Source of the DNA: Takakia lepidozioides
Taxonomy: Eukaryota > Plantae > Bryophyta
Assembly: GCA_030704615.1 (NCBI GenBank)
Contig: CM060732.1
Coordinates: 30,504,001-30,568,000, forward strand
Direction of reading: 5' to 3'
Length of the DNA: 64,000 nt
Part shown: one piece after another, positions 50,101-63,709 of the stretch
How the letters are laid out: every line of letters begins with the position of its first letter
Numbering within the stretch: position 1 is the first letter of the stretch
Program-made: the position numbers and the translations under genes
The notes under the pieces: model-generated
Told to the model about the DNA's origin: nothing
Seen by the model: only the letters and a program-made list of their open reading frames with translations
Database searches by the model: none

Positions 50101-53100
50101 ATCCTGAAGCCATTGGCTAAACGTTGTGGCAGATACTTCGGTGGTGCTGTCATCACAAGTTGACTTTGGAGCAGCTCTTCTGCTCCGTCTTTTCTTTGGA
50201 CGCACTTCAGGCTCAGGCTGCATCCGTGAATTCAGCTCAAAGGTATGTCAAATTCAATGTAAGTGCTGTTTATAAATGACACACAGATTTTCCAAGTTGT
50301 ATTGAGAAAATGGCTAAGATTTTAAGGATACAACCAAGACATGGACTTCCATGGTAAATACACTGGGGAGGGAAGCATAAGTATACCGATTTAGGGCCCT
50401 CAGGAAAGTCTTCCTGCGGCTTTTGTGGCATAGTATCTTGAGGCAGTGACTCCTCATAAATGGTGTCTAAAGCACCAGTTATATCAGGTGGGAGGATGTC
50501 TGTCAAGCAAAGAACTGCAAGCATTGTGAAACTGGGCTGTATCTGATAAGCGCAATTGAGGGCACCATCTGAAATAATGCAAGTTGTTGCTTCAAACTAG
50601 TATGCTATTACTTCAGGACATTGTATGGCTTATGGAAAGGACTAAACACACACCCATAAATTCGATAAAACAAGGAGACAGATGAAAGATAGAAATGAAG
50701 TGAAATGACAATTTGTAACATCCTCCAGAAGTTCAAAGAGCTAAAGGGATGAGAGTGCAGGAAACAGGAAAAAGAGTGGGGCCCTCAACAAGCAGCCCGT
50801 AAACAACGAATATTGGTCAAGGATCTAAGATGTACAGCCTCATGCAGATATGCCGCCAAGGATTAAGAACCAAAGAAGCTTTATACTGGTGTGCAAAGCC
50901 CAAACAGCTTACGAGAGAATAATGGATGAGAAAGTGAAAAAGTAGGATTGAGTCACTGAAAGAAGTGGGGGGTCAAGTGAAGGTAAGCTGCTAAGCTCAC
51001 CTAGATAAAGATAGATGAGAAATTCTCTGACCTGGTAACTGAAATTCAGGAAAAAGGTCATCCATCTCAGAAGAATGTGATAAGGGTCCTCCAGGACCAT
51101 CACTGCAAGGAGTCGTGAAAATCAAATCAGAGTCCCAAGTGAGGTCACTGACGATCAAGACTCGTCAACTTCCTATGTAGCAAACTGCAGGTTATTCTCA
51201 TACGAGGACCTAAGAAGCTACAGAGGTAGCTTGAGCTTACCTGTTAGGCTCACCAACGTCCTGAAACTCATGATAGTCATTGTTCTCTTGAAGAGTTATG
51301 TCTTCATGGTCAGCTGTTGAAGGCAATTCAAAAGAATTTTTAAAAGATACCAAAGGAGATTTTGAAGCTTGAACTAGATCTACACCCCAATTTCAATGAA
51401 AGCATTGAAAAAATAATGACTGTTTGTATTTGTTGCCGATATCTCCTGTTTGTATAGTAGCTTTGGTAAAGATCTGATTGAGGAGATACCTACCTTGATA
51501 CCTGTCTTGGACAGGAGAGTTCTTTCCATCTCCGGCAAAGTTGGTATTAGCATGAGGAAGGATGAAGAATTCTTCCCCCTGAGACATGGGGTACATTAAC
51601 TGTCAGGATAGCCAAATTGAGGTGACATTTGGTTGTGAAGGACAGGTCAGCTTCCAAGTCACAGCTGCAATTGAATGCACAGCCACCAGATTCATAGACT
51701 ATTGTACACAACTTAAGGTAACCATGATTGTTCCTGAGGAAATGCCTGGTACAGCTCACCATTATCTCATCATCATTTCCAGGTGTGCTAGGCCTCAGCA
51801 TCAACCTTTCGATGTCATCAAAGACATCAAAGCCATAGTCGATGGTGACAGTTTCAAACCTGAGTAACACAACAATTCAGTACCCCTAGTGTGTACAGTT
51901 TCAGAGGTTGAACAGTTTGTTAAGTTAGATCTACTTGGAAAATTTGTTAGGTGATGCAATTGGAGTTTCCTACTATTACAGAACCTCAGGGTCGAAATCA
52001 AGTGAATATGCGCTCTATGTGGATGTAAGTGGCGTCAGCAAATATATATAGGAAATGGAGATCTTTAGTGCAAAACTTCCTAAGCTATCGTTGTGAAGTT
52101 GATGATGGAATACTTTGCATGTGCTCTTCGTCTTGGAAGAGATGTTGTGTCGGTGGACTTCAAAGCCACAACCGTTTTGATCTTGATCTGATGGGACAAT
52201 CAGGTGTGAAGTTAGTCTGCTGAGTATAGCTGAATACAGGCCCCTGAGACCCGGCAAAGAAAGGAGGGGTCAAAACTATCATGTTTTGGTGACCACCTCA
52301 CAAACATGATACATCCCATGAACACGCGGTTGGCACAGTCAAACAGTGAAAAGTGTATCTCCTGCAGTTCAAATTTTTGTGGCATTATGGGAAACATGTT
52401 CAGAACAGACGAGAGATATGCGAGATGAGCATTTCAACCAACAAGCACAAATAGGTATGATTGAATTTTAGTACATGACGAATTTTTAATCTTCCATTTA
52501 CATCCCGAGAGGTATTGTGGGTAGGGCACATCGTACGTACTAGGAACTCATTTACGTCTTCTGAGGGAGATCCCGGATATGTTGACACACACAAGGCACC
52601 CTACCATCAGGGTCACTTACATATTTCATATCAGGGTCATTTGGCATCTTCCTTATAGAAATACATTTTTGCAGCCATCAACTGGCGTGAAATAGTTTAC
52701 ATGTACGGATGAGAATGAACATCATTTGGCATCTGAGCAACCGAGGAGCAGCTTAGGCCTTACCATATAGGAAGGCCACCTTCCGCTGATAAACATGCAC
52801 AACTCCTCCTGAAACAACACCGGTCCATAGCATGTGAGGGAGATATGCCAGAAAAGCTAGTATTCTTACATAATCGGTTTGCTCTGCATCATATCCGGAG
52901 AATATTTAGTAATTTACACACAGCATATGCCGTTTCTTGTGAACCGGCTCACTAGACCTGCAAAATATGTACTTAAGGCCTCCGCAGAATATTTCTGCTG
53001 GTATTCATTACTCCTTATAGTGAGAGATCTTACTTCGGATTTCATGTGAATGAGAAGGATTCATAAACTCGTCAAACTTCATATCATGTCATATCGCCTG

Positions 53101-54093
53101 TACATACATGAAGAAATAGATAGTGCAGGGACCATTGGATAGGGATTGGATAATTTATTACCCATGAGAATTCCTGAAAGTCGTAGTGCGAGGGGAACCT
53201 GAGGGTGAATGATCTGATTGCTGCAAGAATCACACAATTTCCGGATTTCTTTCAAAGGCTAGATTCAAGCAGGATTAATAGAGCTCGGGCTCTCGCTCTT
53301 TCAACTTGGAATCTTGCAACGGAACAATTGAGGGGTATTCTGTACTAAAGTTTGATTCAGCACTGTTCAAGAAAGAGCGAGAAACTACAGGGAGATCCTT
53401 GATGATCATTAGACAAGAATCAGCGAGGATTACAAAGCAAATAATTTATTGGCCGACCGCACCCTTCAAGAATAAGGTCAATTATTATTTGTTCTATATT
53501 ATATGGAGGACTTCAGCTCTCAGAAATTAATAGAGCTCAGTGTAGATAGTGCATATCAGAGAGAAACAGTGGCCGTTCAGGACCGGCAGAATGGTGAGAC
53601 TTCAACTTTTCTTCCACGGTGGACCATAAAATTCTAGAGATTTGATGGCAACAGGTCTGCGCCCTGCAAGTGACGGTAATACCATATGTTCTCAATGTCA
53701 ATTGATGCCGCCTTCTTCCTGTTCAGTTTTGCACGCATCGTAGCTGCTATCCTGAAGGGGCCATGTGAATGTTTAAATAACAACATTACATGTATACATC
53801 GTTCAGTGGTCTTGAAACTAGATGCAAAGTCTAAATCTCCAGATACTATGATAAATGGATCTCCAACGTCCAAGAATTCATCAAATTGAACTACTGCGTG
53901 GAACTGCATCATAGACAGGTGGTCTGTCTACTTTCTGGGACTCTTGCACCGAAGTACTACGTTTGTATCTCTGCTCAGCTTCTTTCAAATATCTGCCGAC
54001 ATTACTCTGGATGTCAATGCGGCATCTCTTTGGAACTTACCAGATTTGTCCCAGAGGCCCCTTTCTGCAAAGAAGCTGATGCGAGTAAAACAT
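47112..54093 (-). CDS. REC8: Meiotic cohesin alpha-kleisin REC8/SYN1, about 626 aa
   Basis: 20 exons in frame (1881 nt): 54093-54041, 53751-53683, 53220-53162, 52808-52764, 52560-52541, 52187-52114, 51859-51760, 51578-51494, 51313-51241, 51102-51032, 50499-50387, 50217-50068, 49755-49572, 49295-49216, 49045-48913, 48612-48510, 48314-48124, 47909-47828, 47735-47623, 47194-47112. N-terminus MFYSHQLLCRKGPLGQIWIAATMRAKLNRKK...PLALRLSGILMGGVV; central FSQWLQDPSDIL; C-terminal winged helix AAKLFYQTCVLAS...QAEPYGDILI. Middle exons are less certain. Confidence 0.92.
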
Positions 54094-55372
54094 TCTCAAT
54101 GACGACCAAAACAAATTTTCCGGATGGTATTGGACTCCACGGAAATGCAGCACGGCGAATGCACTGAAATGGAAACAAAGGAAAGAAATAGAAACAAGAA
54201 ATGCGAAAGAGGGCCGGGATATCCAGCGCGAGAAAGGTCGCGAGGAATGTTATGAGCGATATCCAGGGTGGCGGGGAAGAAAGAGGACGCGCGGCGCAGA
54301 GAGTAATTGGCGGACGATATGACTTTGCCTTCTTTTCATCCGTCCAATCATCGACTTTCATCCTTCTTGTTATCATTTATCATCCTGTCCGAGGTTTTGG
54401 CGGGGGTGAATTTCGAAGGTCCACGGCAGAGTGTGTCGGAGCAGCCGATGCCCGGAGGGTATAAAATGAGGTGGATTTCAGACTAGCGATGGGACAAAAC
54501 ACTAAAATGTGGCTCTCGGCCCCCTCTTTGTCCCTTACATAGATGACATGTCCGCAAGAGCCATATCAAGCCACTCTACAAGCCTCAGAGCCTTTTCACA
54601 CCAAAAAGCGGACAAGAATGGTGCAAGTGGACAAAATCAAACCATGTGCATCTCTCTTTCTTTGTTCATGATTTCTTGTTGAAAATACTACGCGCAGTCA
54701 TGGACCCTTCAAAAAGAATTCTCCTTGCAATACTTGCTCAATAGATTTGACTGTCGAAAGGGTCTTGTGGACTTTCTGGACAATTGATTTGCAAATAGGT
54801 CATGCTTCTGGAGATCAGTCTTCATGATTCATGGCTTCACACTACAGAGGAGGCTGCTGCAGAGCAAGGTGAGCAATGGAGCCATAACAAAGAGGCGAAG
54901 AGAGTCAGAGGCGTCATTCGGTTTTGTCGCATATACACATTAGGATGATATACAATATAAAATTTACCAAGAAATACCAATGCCTAGACGATCTACATTG
55001 TCCGTATATACCCCCACGCACAGAAATGGTGTCCAAAGCTGCCACAGCACTAAATTAGCTAGTTATTCTGATTTTCTGGTTCTCAATCCCTTCAGTATGT
55101 CTCTCTCTCTTTATGTATCTCCTCAAGACATCAGGGAAGAATCACCGCCATGGAAAGCCCAACCAAACAGGCCCTCATTGCAAGGTTGTGCTCAAAACCT
55201 TTCAGTATCTCATCCCAACAGGAGCTGGGCCTGTAGTACAAAATTGCCAAATCATGACCATGCATATCCGAAGAAGCCTTTTCATCATGCGAGGAGCATG
55301 TACTGCCAACACTGGCCAAGTACAGTCCACATAACTCTCTTTATCTTGAAAATTTCTTACCCATGTATCAGT

Positions 55373-58300
55373 TTACCAACCTTGACCGCCAACAACATAA
55401 CACTGTTGATTGAGACGAGAAGAATACACAGTAAAATCGGCCGTATTTTTGAAATCTGGCACAAAGTCCAAGCAAAAACGAAAGACAGCACCAAGCTTCT
55501 GGGCATCATTGACTGCAGCAGCTGCCTCCAAAAACATTGCTGGCGGTATTGCATCCACCTGCAAAGAAACAACATCCAAGCGCAAGGAGAAGTGAACAAA
55601 TACGGTAATCCTGGACTGGTTCTTGCATGTAGTTTGGCAAACCATAGATCTCATACCAGACCTCATGGGGACAGTTATGGGTTCAGAAAGTATCCAGCTC
55701 TGAATGTCTTACAGAGGGATGACATGGTTTTACCTTCTCTCTTCTAGTTGGGTTGGTTTTTGGAAAGTGTCTAGCTTCCAGGGTTTGTTGTTGTTGGCCC
55801 GCTGGTCTTGCCAGGGTAAGGATTTCTAGGTCTGCCAGGATTCTGTAGCTTTTGGCTTATTAAGATTGGTTCTGACGTGTTCTCCCTGTCCTCGAAAAGA
55901 GAGCGGAACATATATATACTATTTACAATGGGAAAAGAAGACTCGAGTAAAGTCCGCAGGGGGCCACAAGGGCCCATGGGACAAAGTAGCACAATAAGGA
56001 CACCACATCAAAAAACTAAACATAAAGCCTTAAAACATTGTGTCTCATGCAGGTAAGCTGTCAAGAACTTCTGGTCCTCAAAGCTGAAGGCTTAGCGAAA
56101 GGTGCAGAGTCTTGAAAAAAGCACAGTACTCAATTCCTGGGTGGTACAGAAAGAAAGATTCTAGCCTCCAGGGGTGTCACTCCAATGCCCTCGCAATCAT
56201 TAGGCAATGAGAAAGCGTCTTGTGAGGGATGTCACAGGGGTAAGAAAGCATGATTAACAATGATAACAATGAAACTCTCGACTGGAGAGAGTTTTAAATA
56301 GCATGTCAGAGCTAGACACTAAACACAACGTGTTGTGTTTAAACACCACTACCTACTAGTTCAGTTTTCAAAGCCATAAATGGTGGCCCTTAATGAGCTG
56401 GGTCTTTTTCCCCTGCACCTTCCTTACTTCAAGAGTAGGGATAAAGAGAAGAGCAGCTCAGACTGTTCATCTCTAAGGAGGAAGGCTCTTTCAAGAGGGA
56501 AGGAGAAGGCTGATTACAATGGCCTCTTCCTCAAGGAACAGCCAGGTAGAAAGACTGAGCAAACCCTAAAGCAAGAAGTTTGCCAGCTACAAATTGCCTA
56601 CTTCATTTGCACTTGTTTTGCTAATTTGCTACTGCAATGTTTTGTGTGTCATTTAAGGCTTCACTTCCAATCTCCTTTGTCTCTCATGGTGGACATGGAT
56701 AACAACTAGGTAACGCTGTATACCTGGGGTTCCACAAGGGTCAATAATGCTGTCATTTATGCTGTCTAATGTGGCTAAAAAGCCAACCATTTAAGGAGGT
56801 CTCTTGCTGGTTATGACAAGTCCCCATTCATTCCTAATATCCAGAACCATAATTAGGGTTCTGCAAAGTTAGGTGTTATGCCCTCTGTTCATCCATTTTA
56901 ACAGAAATGTGTTTGGCAAAAGCTAATGGGCAAGTCAAAAACCAGATTGGAGAGAGAGAGAGAAAGAGAAACCTTGTTCTGCCGAATGTAGCGGAGGCCC
57001 TCAACCAAGCGTCCTTCTTGCAGAAGCAGACTTACGTACTCTGAGTGTGCATGTAGTAGTCTCAACATCTCCATCCCCAACTTACGTGTTGGGGTATGAC
57101 GAGCCCCCACCTCCAGGAGCTGTAAGGCAACTGCCTTTGAGGGCTCAAGAAGTTTGCCAGCTACAAATTGGTGGAGCTCATGGTAGCGTTCATCACGGTC
57201 CAGCAGCTGCACCACTAAGACATGGAGTCCTGGTTGTACCCGCACATTTGCCGATGCCACACTGCGGTGACAGAAAAGCTCACTGATTTCAATAGAATAT
57301 CAGAACACATCAATATACTAACCAACATGCTACTCTGTCTCAGTGCTCATAAAAACCTTGTCTTCAGAACATCCAATAGACCATTCCTCCAAGAGCTACC
57401 AAGTAACGCAAAGCCCATACCTCCGCATGTATTCGATGATGGCTGACACTAGAAACCTGGAGTCCACAGCCATTTCCTCTTCAACAGGTGCAAACACACT
57501 ATGCTGCATATCGTCTGGTGAAATAAGAGGTAGAGTTACCCCACCACACGAGTCCCGCAAACCCAGATGGGTTGGAGTGCTTGAAGTTAAGGCCTCCATG
57601 GAGCTGGTGAAGCTACGACCTACCCTGCTGCTCAAAGCATTTGCTTGTCATCGTTCCCTTCAGTGATAGTGCATATAGAAGCTATGCACTTCCTAAATGG
57701 ATCCCCCTTAACTGTAAGCCCCAATTTTCACCCTTTCTGCCCAAAGACTGATCTCCATGGCGAAGCCATCATCTTTATCCCCCTTTCAGACCAAGCATGG
57801 GGAGTGAATCACTTTCACAGAGGAGAAATTAATCCAAGGCCCAAAAGCCCTCTTCACTATCTCCTCAGAATTGGTCCGAAGACAAAAAAAACCATGACCC
57901 CTGATTCAGCCCCAGCATAACTGCTAATACACGTCACACTTCACACCTAGCCACTGTTCAAAGCCCTGATTCTCATTATCTTGTCAAATCATTGGCTATT
58001 TTCTGAGACATGATACAATCACTGCTTTCCATGGAGGTTTCCAAGAGACAGGAAGCACTAACCTGCCACTTCTCTCAGCAAATACAGGCTCCTGAGACAT
58101 TGGTGAGGGAGATTCCTCAATCTCCACCTCCCCCTTTGCAATCTCCCCGACACTTGGAACCTTTCTCAAACCCCCTTGGAAGGCCCCATCCACAGAGCCA
58201 GCATTCTCCAACTCCCCTTGATCTGAGCTGTTTTGTGTATCTCTCCCTGCAGTCCTGTCTTGCTCCAACCCCAAGGCACCTGAAGATTGCACCTGATCTG

Positions 58301-61300
58301 ATGAACTAACTTCTGCATCTGGACCCTCTCTGTGATCCCCTGAGGGTTCTCTTCCTGCTCCTGCCATGGGTTCTGCTGAAGCAACTTCTAGTGAGGACAG
58401 CATGGCTGCTGGCTGCAGTCCTGGAGTCCCTGTCAAAGATGCTGGAACAGAGACTATAGGTCCTGCACTCAATGTGATCCCTCCTGCAAGTTGCATTGCT
58501 GAAGGCTTGGAGAATTGGGCATGATGAAAAGTTGGCCCGCCCATCACTCCTGGTGGTCGAAAACCTTGTGAATAACAGGAGGTGAGGACGTCCATCGCAG
58601 TTGCAATCAGGGGTAAGGGCCGCCTTTCCATTATCATTGATCGCATCAGAACCAATGATAAATGCTTTGCCTTCACCAACAAAGCGCTTCACAGTCAGTA
58701 ATTTCTATGATAATGCTCTAATCGACAGCAGAGGAGAGGTCTCTGTAGTTCCTGCAACAAGGTCACCAAGTGTGTAGGTGGAGGTGTCTATGAGAAAAAA
58801 AATGTAGTCATAAGACCTTGATTGCCGTAGCGTTGTAGCTATAGACGCCGCATCCAGTTTCGAAGGAAACATAGGGAAGGTACTACCTTTGTGAGGGGCT
58901 CACTCCAGTGGTGTGACTTACCATGGCATAAATAATTAGATTGGGCTTTCAAGTATCCTCTAGAAAGTCGTTCACAAAAGCATCAATCTGCCGTGTGTGA
59001 GCAGCCCAAAAGTTAGACCCCAACAGGGCCAGAGCTTTAGGCTCAGCCTCGAGATTTTCAAAGTTGGTGAACAGAGGTGCAGGAACCATGTTCTTGATGT
59101 TCCTGTTGAGGGTCACTCTTTGGTAGGAATACCCCGGACAATGCATCAGAAAATGGATATAGTCTGCAGGTTGCCTGTACATCGAGCAATTACAATCTCC
59201 TAAACCTATCTGCATCTGTTTATTGTTCAAAGGTAGCCTCCTTGCCCCAAATTTACATTTCAAGCCCTTCAGATCATCCTTAAAGTCCTTGCCCATGGCA
59301 CAGACTGGAAACAGGTTCAGGAAAATTTTAGGCTTAACTTCATTGTCATGACTTTGGGCATCCGACATGGCTTTGGATACAACCCCCTCCAGTTCAGCTT
59401 CATCCAGTAGGGTCAATTCTTCTGGACTAAAATTCAGGTACTTGAAGAACTCTCCTACCCTATTCTGCCAAGACTTAGCCATTTTGACAGGACGGTCCTG
59501 CTTCCAAGAAATAGCGTCATTTATCTCAGGGTATCTGGTTTTAGGCATGCGATTCAACTGACCCCACCACTGACCTTGGATTCATCACGTTGAGATACCC
59601 TGAAATATGCCAAACTCACCCCGAGCAGCCACATTAGCTGTTCTAGAACAAGTCGACATGCTTTCTTTGGGCACCGCGACCTGAATGGATTCTAGAGATT
59701 TAGCAGAGTTGGAATTGTCGACCCACACAGCAGATGCATACTCCAATGAGGTAGACAGATAGTACCATCAAGGTCACCAAGAGTGTGTAAGTATATCGAG
59801 AGAGAGTACCTTAGAGGCTTCATGCCGCCGTCGCTGTAAAAAACCAAGTAATGACGGTATATCTGATGAGCTGGCAGCCACTGCCTGCAAGAAATCAAAT
59901 CCCACAGACACAAGCCCTCATTGGAAAACCAGGAAATGCATACTGACTAAGGAGCACAAATTGCATAAGCTGTAACTTTTAAACAATAATATGCTAAATC
60001 TCCATTCTAGATGTACTTGGATGATTACACACAACAACTCGGACTACATAGCCCAAGTGTCATGAACGCAACCCCAAAACAAAGGTGCAGAAACAACCAC
60101 AGACTGCATAAAAAGTCATTTTATTTCATGGCTTCTAGAGGACAACAACAATGTGCCTGTAACTGCAAATGGGTAGACAACATCTCTATTGATTGTACAA
60201 TGCGGCCCACAATATCTTGTGAAAATATGCACCTCCAAATCAAGCCGAATATGCCAAAGCAGGCCATGAATGTGATCCAACACAAGGTCAGGGTTCACAA
60301 ACACCCAGCCATCTCCATAGATACTTGCTTCGCTATTGGTCAAGCTCCCTGTGTAGTCCCTCTCTGCTGCAAGAGACCGAGGGTTGTTCGCACTCTCGGT
60401 GCTTCGAGAGGAGACACCAGGAAGGGAAGGAGAGATCCTCAACAAGAGAGGGAGAGGAGCTGAGATGGGAACTTTGGGGTCTGCCAATATGTCGTAGAGT
60501 AGAACCACTTTGGAATCAGTCTGATGAATAAGAAGAACATTGTCCACAACACTGATGGCTACTTGTGGTGAGTATATCGGCAAAGAACCCTGCAAATAAT
60601 CAAGCGGAACCTGAATAAGTTGCGAGATAAATGAGTGAAAGGAGGAATAGGATGTGAGTGAACAGCATGCTTCCTTATGGCCTTGCGGTTAGTTACCCAG
60701 TTTCCACCAAGTACAGGCTTAAGAGGAATAAGGCAAGATATGGAGACTATCTGAGAGAAAGACATGAGATGCAGGCTAATAAGACCATTGATATGTGGAA
60801 GTAGGTTTCTTCACACAAGGTGTTCCTGGGAAGAAGTACCTGCATGAACAAACTGTAGAACTGTGTTGGATGGAGAGAGACGTCTGAGCCATATGACGGG
60901 TCAAAGGAGGTGATGGCCTCAGCTAAAATGAAATATACAAGTGCACAACGAAGTGAATTGCTTTCATCTTATTGGTGGATCAAAGCAGAAAAACAAGGAT
61001 CTTGGATAGATCTCTATTGCAAGACAAACACAACGATGTTTGCCAGCTCTACGTATATGGGACTCAGGTGATGGTTGGGACCATTGCCACACATAGTGTC
61101 GAACCACAGGACATCTAGGAAATGAGTCAGTGAAGATGATGTACCTGGGGCACTACAGCATCCCGATAAAAACGATACATGTGAAGCTGCAGAGCGACCC
61201 TGTCCACCTGCAGACAGTAGAGTCTTCCATACCTGCACCAGTCCAAATAATCCCTTTCCATCAACTTTCTGATACAATTCAGATATGTTGAGTCGAATAC

Positions 61301-63709
61301 AAAAGGGCAGATTATAAAAATGTACAGTGACACTAAGATCTCATGCCCTTAGACACAACCAACCTTCCACCATCTCCATCCAGACTGGTAGCTTAGCATA
61401 GTATCATGTGTGTAGACATACAGATTCAACATACCATGGCCATGCCTTCAGAATTCTCCTTGGCGTCAAAGGCTGGCTTTTCAGCGAAGGAAACCAACCA
61501 TAAGAGGGAGAGAGAGTAACCAAGCCCTCAGATAGCCCATGCAAAAGAGAGCTCAGTAACAGAGCATGAACAGTGAGTAATGAGGTATGAGAAATCCGGC
61601 TTGCATACATTGTAGCTATGCGGATGTCCTCAGGAGCAAGCACAGGCTTCCGATTTGACTCAGCTTTTGCCATAGTCACATCAAATTTGGGTAACTTGAT
61701 GATTCCCCCTGCAGCAAACTGAGCACGGGCCCCCTTAAATTTGTGAATTGCTGCAATGTCAGGAGTGACAAGGACAACTCTTTTAAAAACTGGCAGGTCT
61801 TAGGGTGTTAGACTTCTCACAATCATACAGAAAAGGCATCGTCATTGAGCACCACAATGGCACTTCGGTTGCCAAGAGAAAGCCACAAGAACTATAGACA
61901 TGACCTACTAGATGTGGGCACAAACCTGGAAACCAGAAAGGGTCTTGCACTGCATGCCTGATGCAAGAAGCACAAGGCGGCTCTCATGGGTGTAGATGTA
62001 CCAGCTCACATTCACCTTCTTAACATCCACCAACTTAAGCCCGTTCCTTCCCAGATACAAGGTGTAGAGTTCTAGGCCACTACATCCACAAATCAAATGA
62101 GGCCACCAAAATGACTTCAGTTAATGGCACACATCACAAATCATAGTGGAAACTAATTCACCTGCTACACTCCTGTTCCATTGAGAAATAATCCCTTCTA
62201 AGTCGGGGACCTAGGGGTGGTTTAAGGTACACCGTCCCATGACTCGTGGCGAACAAGTACTTACATGAGAAAGAGTCCTTATTCGTTGTGTCTATTCAAT
62301 GACCACAATGTGCTCTCAAACTGACAGATTGGCTGACAAAGAATGCACACAACTGTTACACCCACCTTGCAAAAGACAAATGTAAGGCTAGTCCGGCACA
62401 TGAAGGCATGGACTAAAATGAATCCAGAACTGCACCTTGTGGTAATGAAAACAACATCACAGGTGGGACAGTCTGTCCAAAAGAAGCCTAAAATTCGTTC
62501 AGTGCCACTCTTGCACTGTTGGCGAAACCCAGTGCAGCTCTCTCTGTTGACAAATTCAACTTCACGGTTGGTGCGCTGCACAGCCAGGATCCCACCATCC
62601 AATGAGAATCTGACACCCAGGATGGGGCCTTCCTTGATGGGGGTCACATTGGGACTATCCGGAGGGGGGCGCTTATTCACTGGCCACGAGAACACCTGCA
62701 CACCAAGCATGACATACTCATCTTGGTGGTGTGCGTCAATGAGAACAAAAAAGTTGACAACAAGACTATTTGCAATCGTATTCTAGATAGTAAACATTCA
62801 CCAACATTAGTAAGGTAACCCACCAAGTGCCTTACTTAATGAGGCAACAAAGAAAGAGATTGCAACCATATAATTTTTTCTCTCTTTCACATCACCCAAC
62901 AATTTTCGACATTCACCCTCTTGTCTTCCTCCATCCCGCCCAAACTGGGCATGGAGTCTATGGCCAGAAGGCTACAACAAAACTTCTTATGAGTACATTC
63001 TTCCTTCACCCACTCTCGGCACTAGACTGAAATCTAAACTCAGGGCGGGAAGCCTACCTTTGAACAGCAAACAGATGCAGAGAGGAAAGGGGGATTGTAA
63101 ATGGCCGTTGTGTGCTGAAGACAATATCCACTTTCTGATGCATTGTCCTGGGTATCTCATAGAGACACCCTCTTCAAATGCATCAAGGGATTTGTTCCTG
63201 TACCTCTGTTTAACAACTTCGAAAATCTCGAGGCTGAGCCAACAGCCCAGGCCCTTTCCGGGTCTAGTTATTGGGCAAATCACACACAGCAGATTGATGC
63301 ATGTGTGAAGGGATTTCTAGAGGATATCTGGAAAACTCGGTTCAATTGTCTGTTCCAAGGTAAATCATACTACCAGCATCAGCCCCTGACAAAGGTAGCT
63401 TCTGTCCCTTTGTGTTCTGCTCAAACTGGGGGCAGGGTCAATGGCCACAAGACTCGTCTTCCTCCACGCTGCCTCTTTCTGTCCGCCGGGCCCACCCTAA
63501 CCAAGGTGGATGAACAAACAGGCCATCGGGAATACCTTACTTGGAGAGGGTACAAGAAGTAGCTTGTTGCCATCATCATACATCACCCCAGCTGCTCCTG
63601 GAACGTCACATCGCAAGGGCGGGTGCTGGATATAGGCATGTGAGATAGCCCCTGATCCTGCCAACCCTGGCCCTCCCTGAGAACTTGATGAACCTTGAAA
63701 TTTCCCCAT
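55373..63709 (-). CDS. RMC1: Regulator of MON1-CCZ1 complex (RMC1/MIC1/C18orf8 family), about 834 aa
   Basis: 11 exons in frame: 63709-63536, 62695-62436, 62079-61926, 61718-61609, 61232-61145, 60589-60233, 59884-59810, 58670-58063, 57624-57421, 57261-56973, 55558-55373. Motifs YDDGNKLLL, RFSLDGGILAVQR, ILGFFW, YTHESRLVLLASG, VVDNVLLIHQ, FLQRR, and Mic1-domain ELHQFV...SKAVALQLL. Confidence 0.88.
58793..59750 (-). mobile_element. 5'-truncated LINE B in an RMC1 intron
   Basis: ORF 58949-59557 is homologous to ORF 3401-4516 ([25 protein letters not shown]). A degenerate direct repeat CAAGGTCACCAAG..TGTGTA lies on both sides. Confidence 0.85.
62934..63452 (+). mobile_element. LINE B composite (short 3' tip plus longer 3' fragment) in RMC1 intron 1
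   Basis: Homologous to 4258-4700 and flanked by a GTCTTCCTCCA direct repeat (62923-62933, 63456-63466). Confidence 0.82.

Noticed and set aside
54980-55747. 255-aa plus-strand ORF
   Set aside because: It is antisense to the RMC1 last exon and 3' region and has no recognisable motifs.
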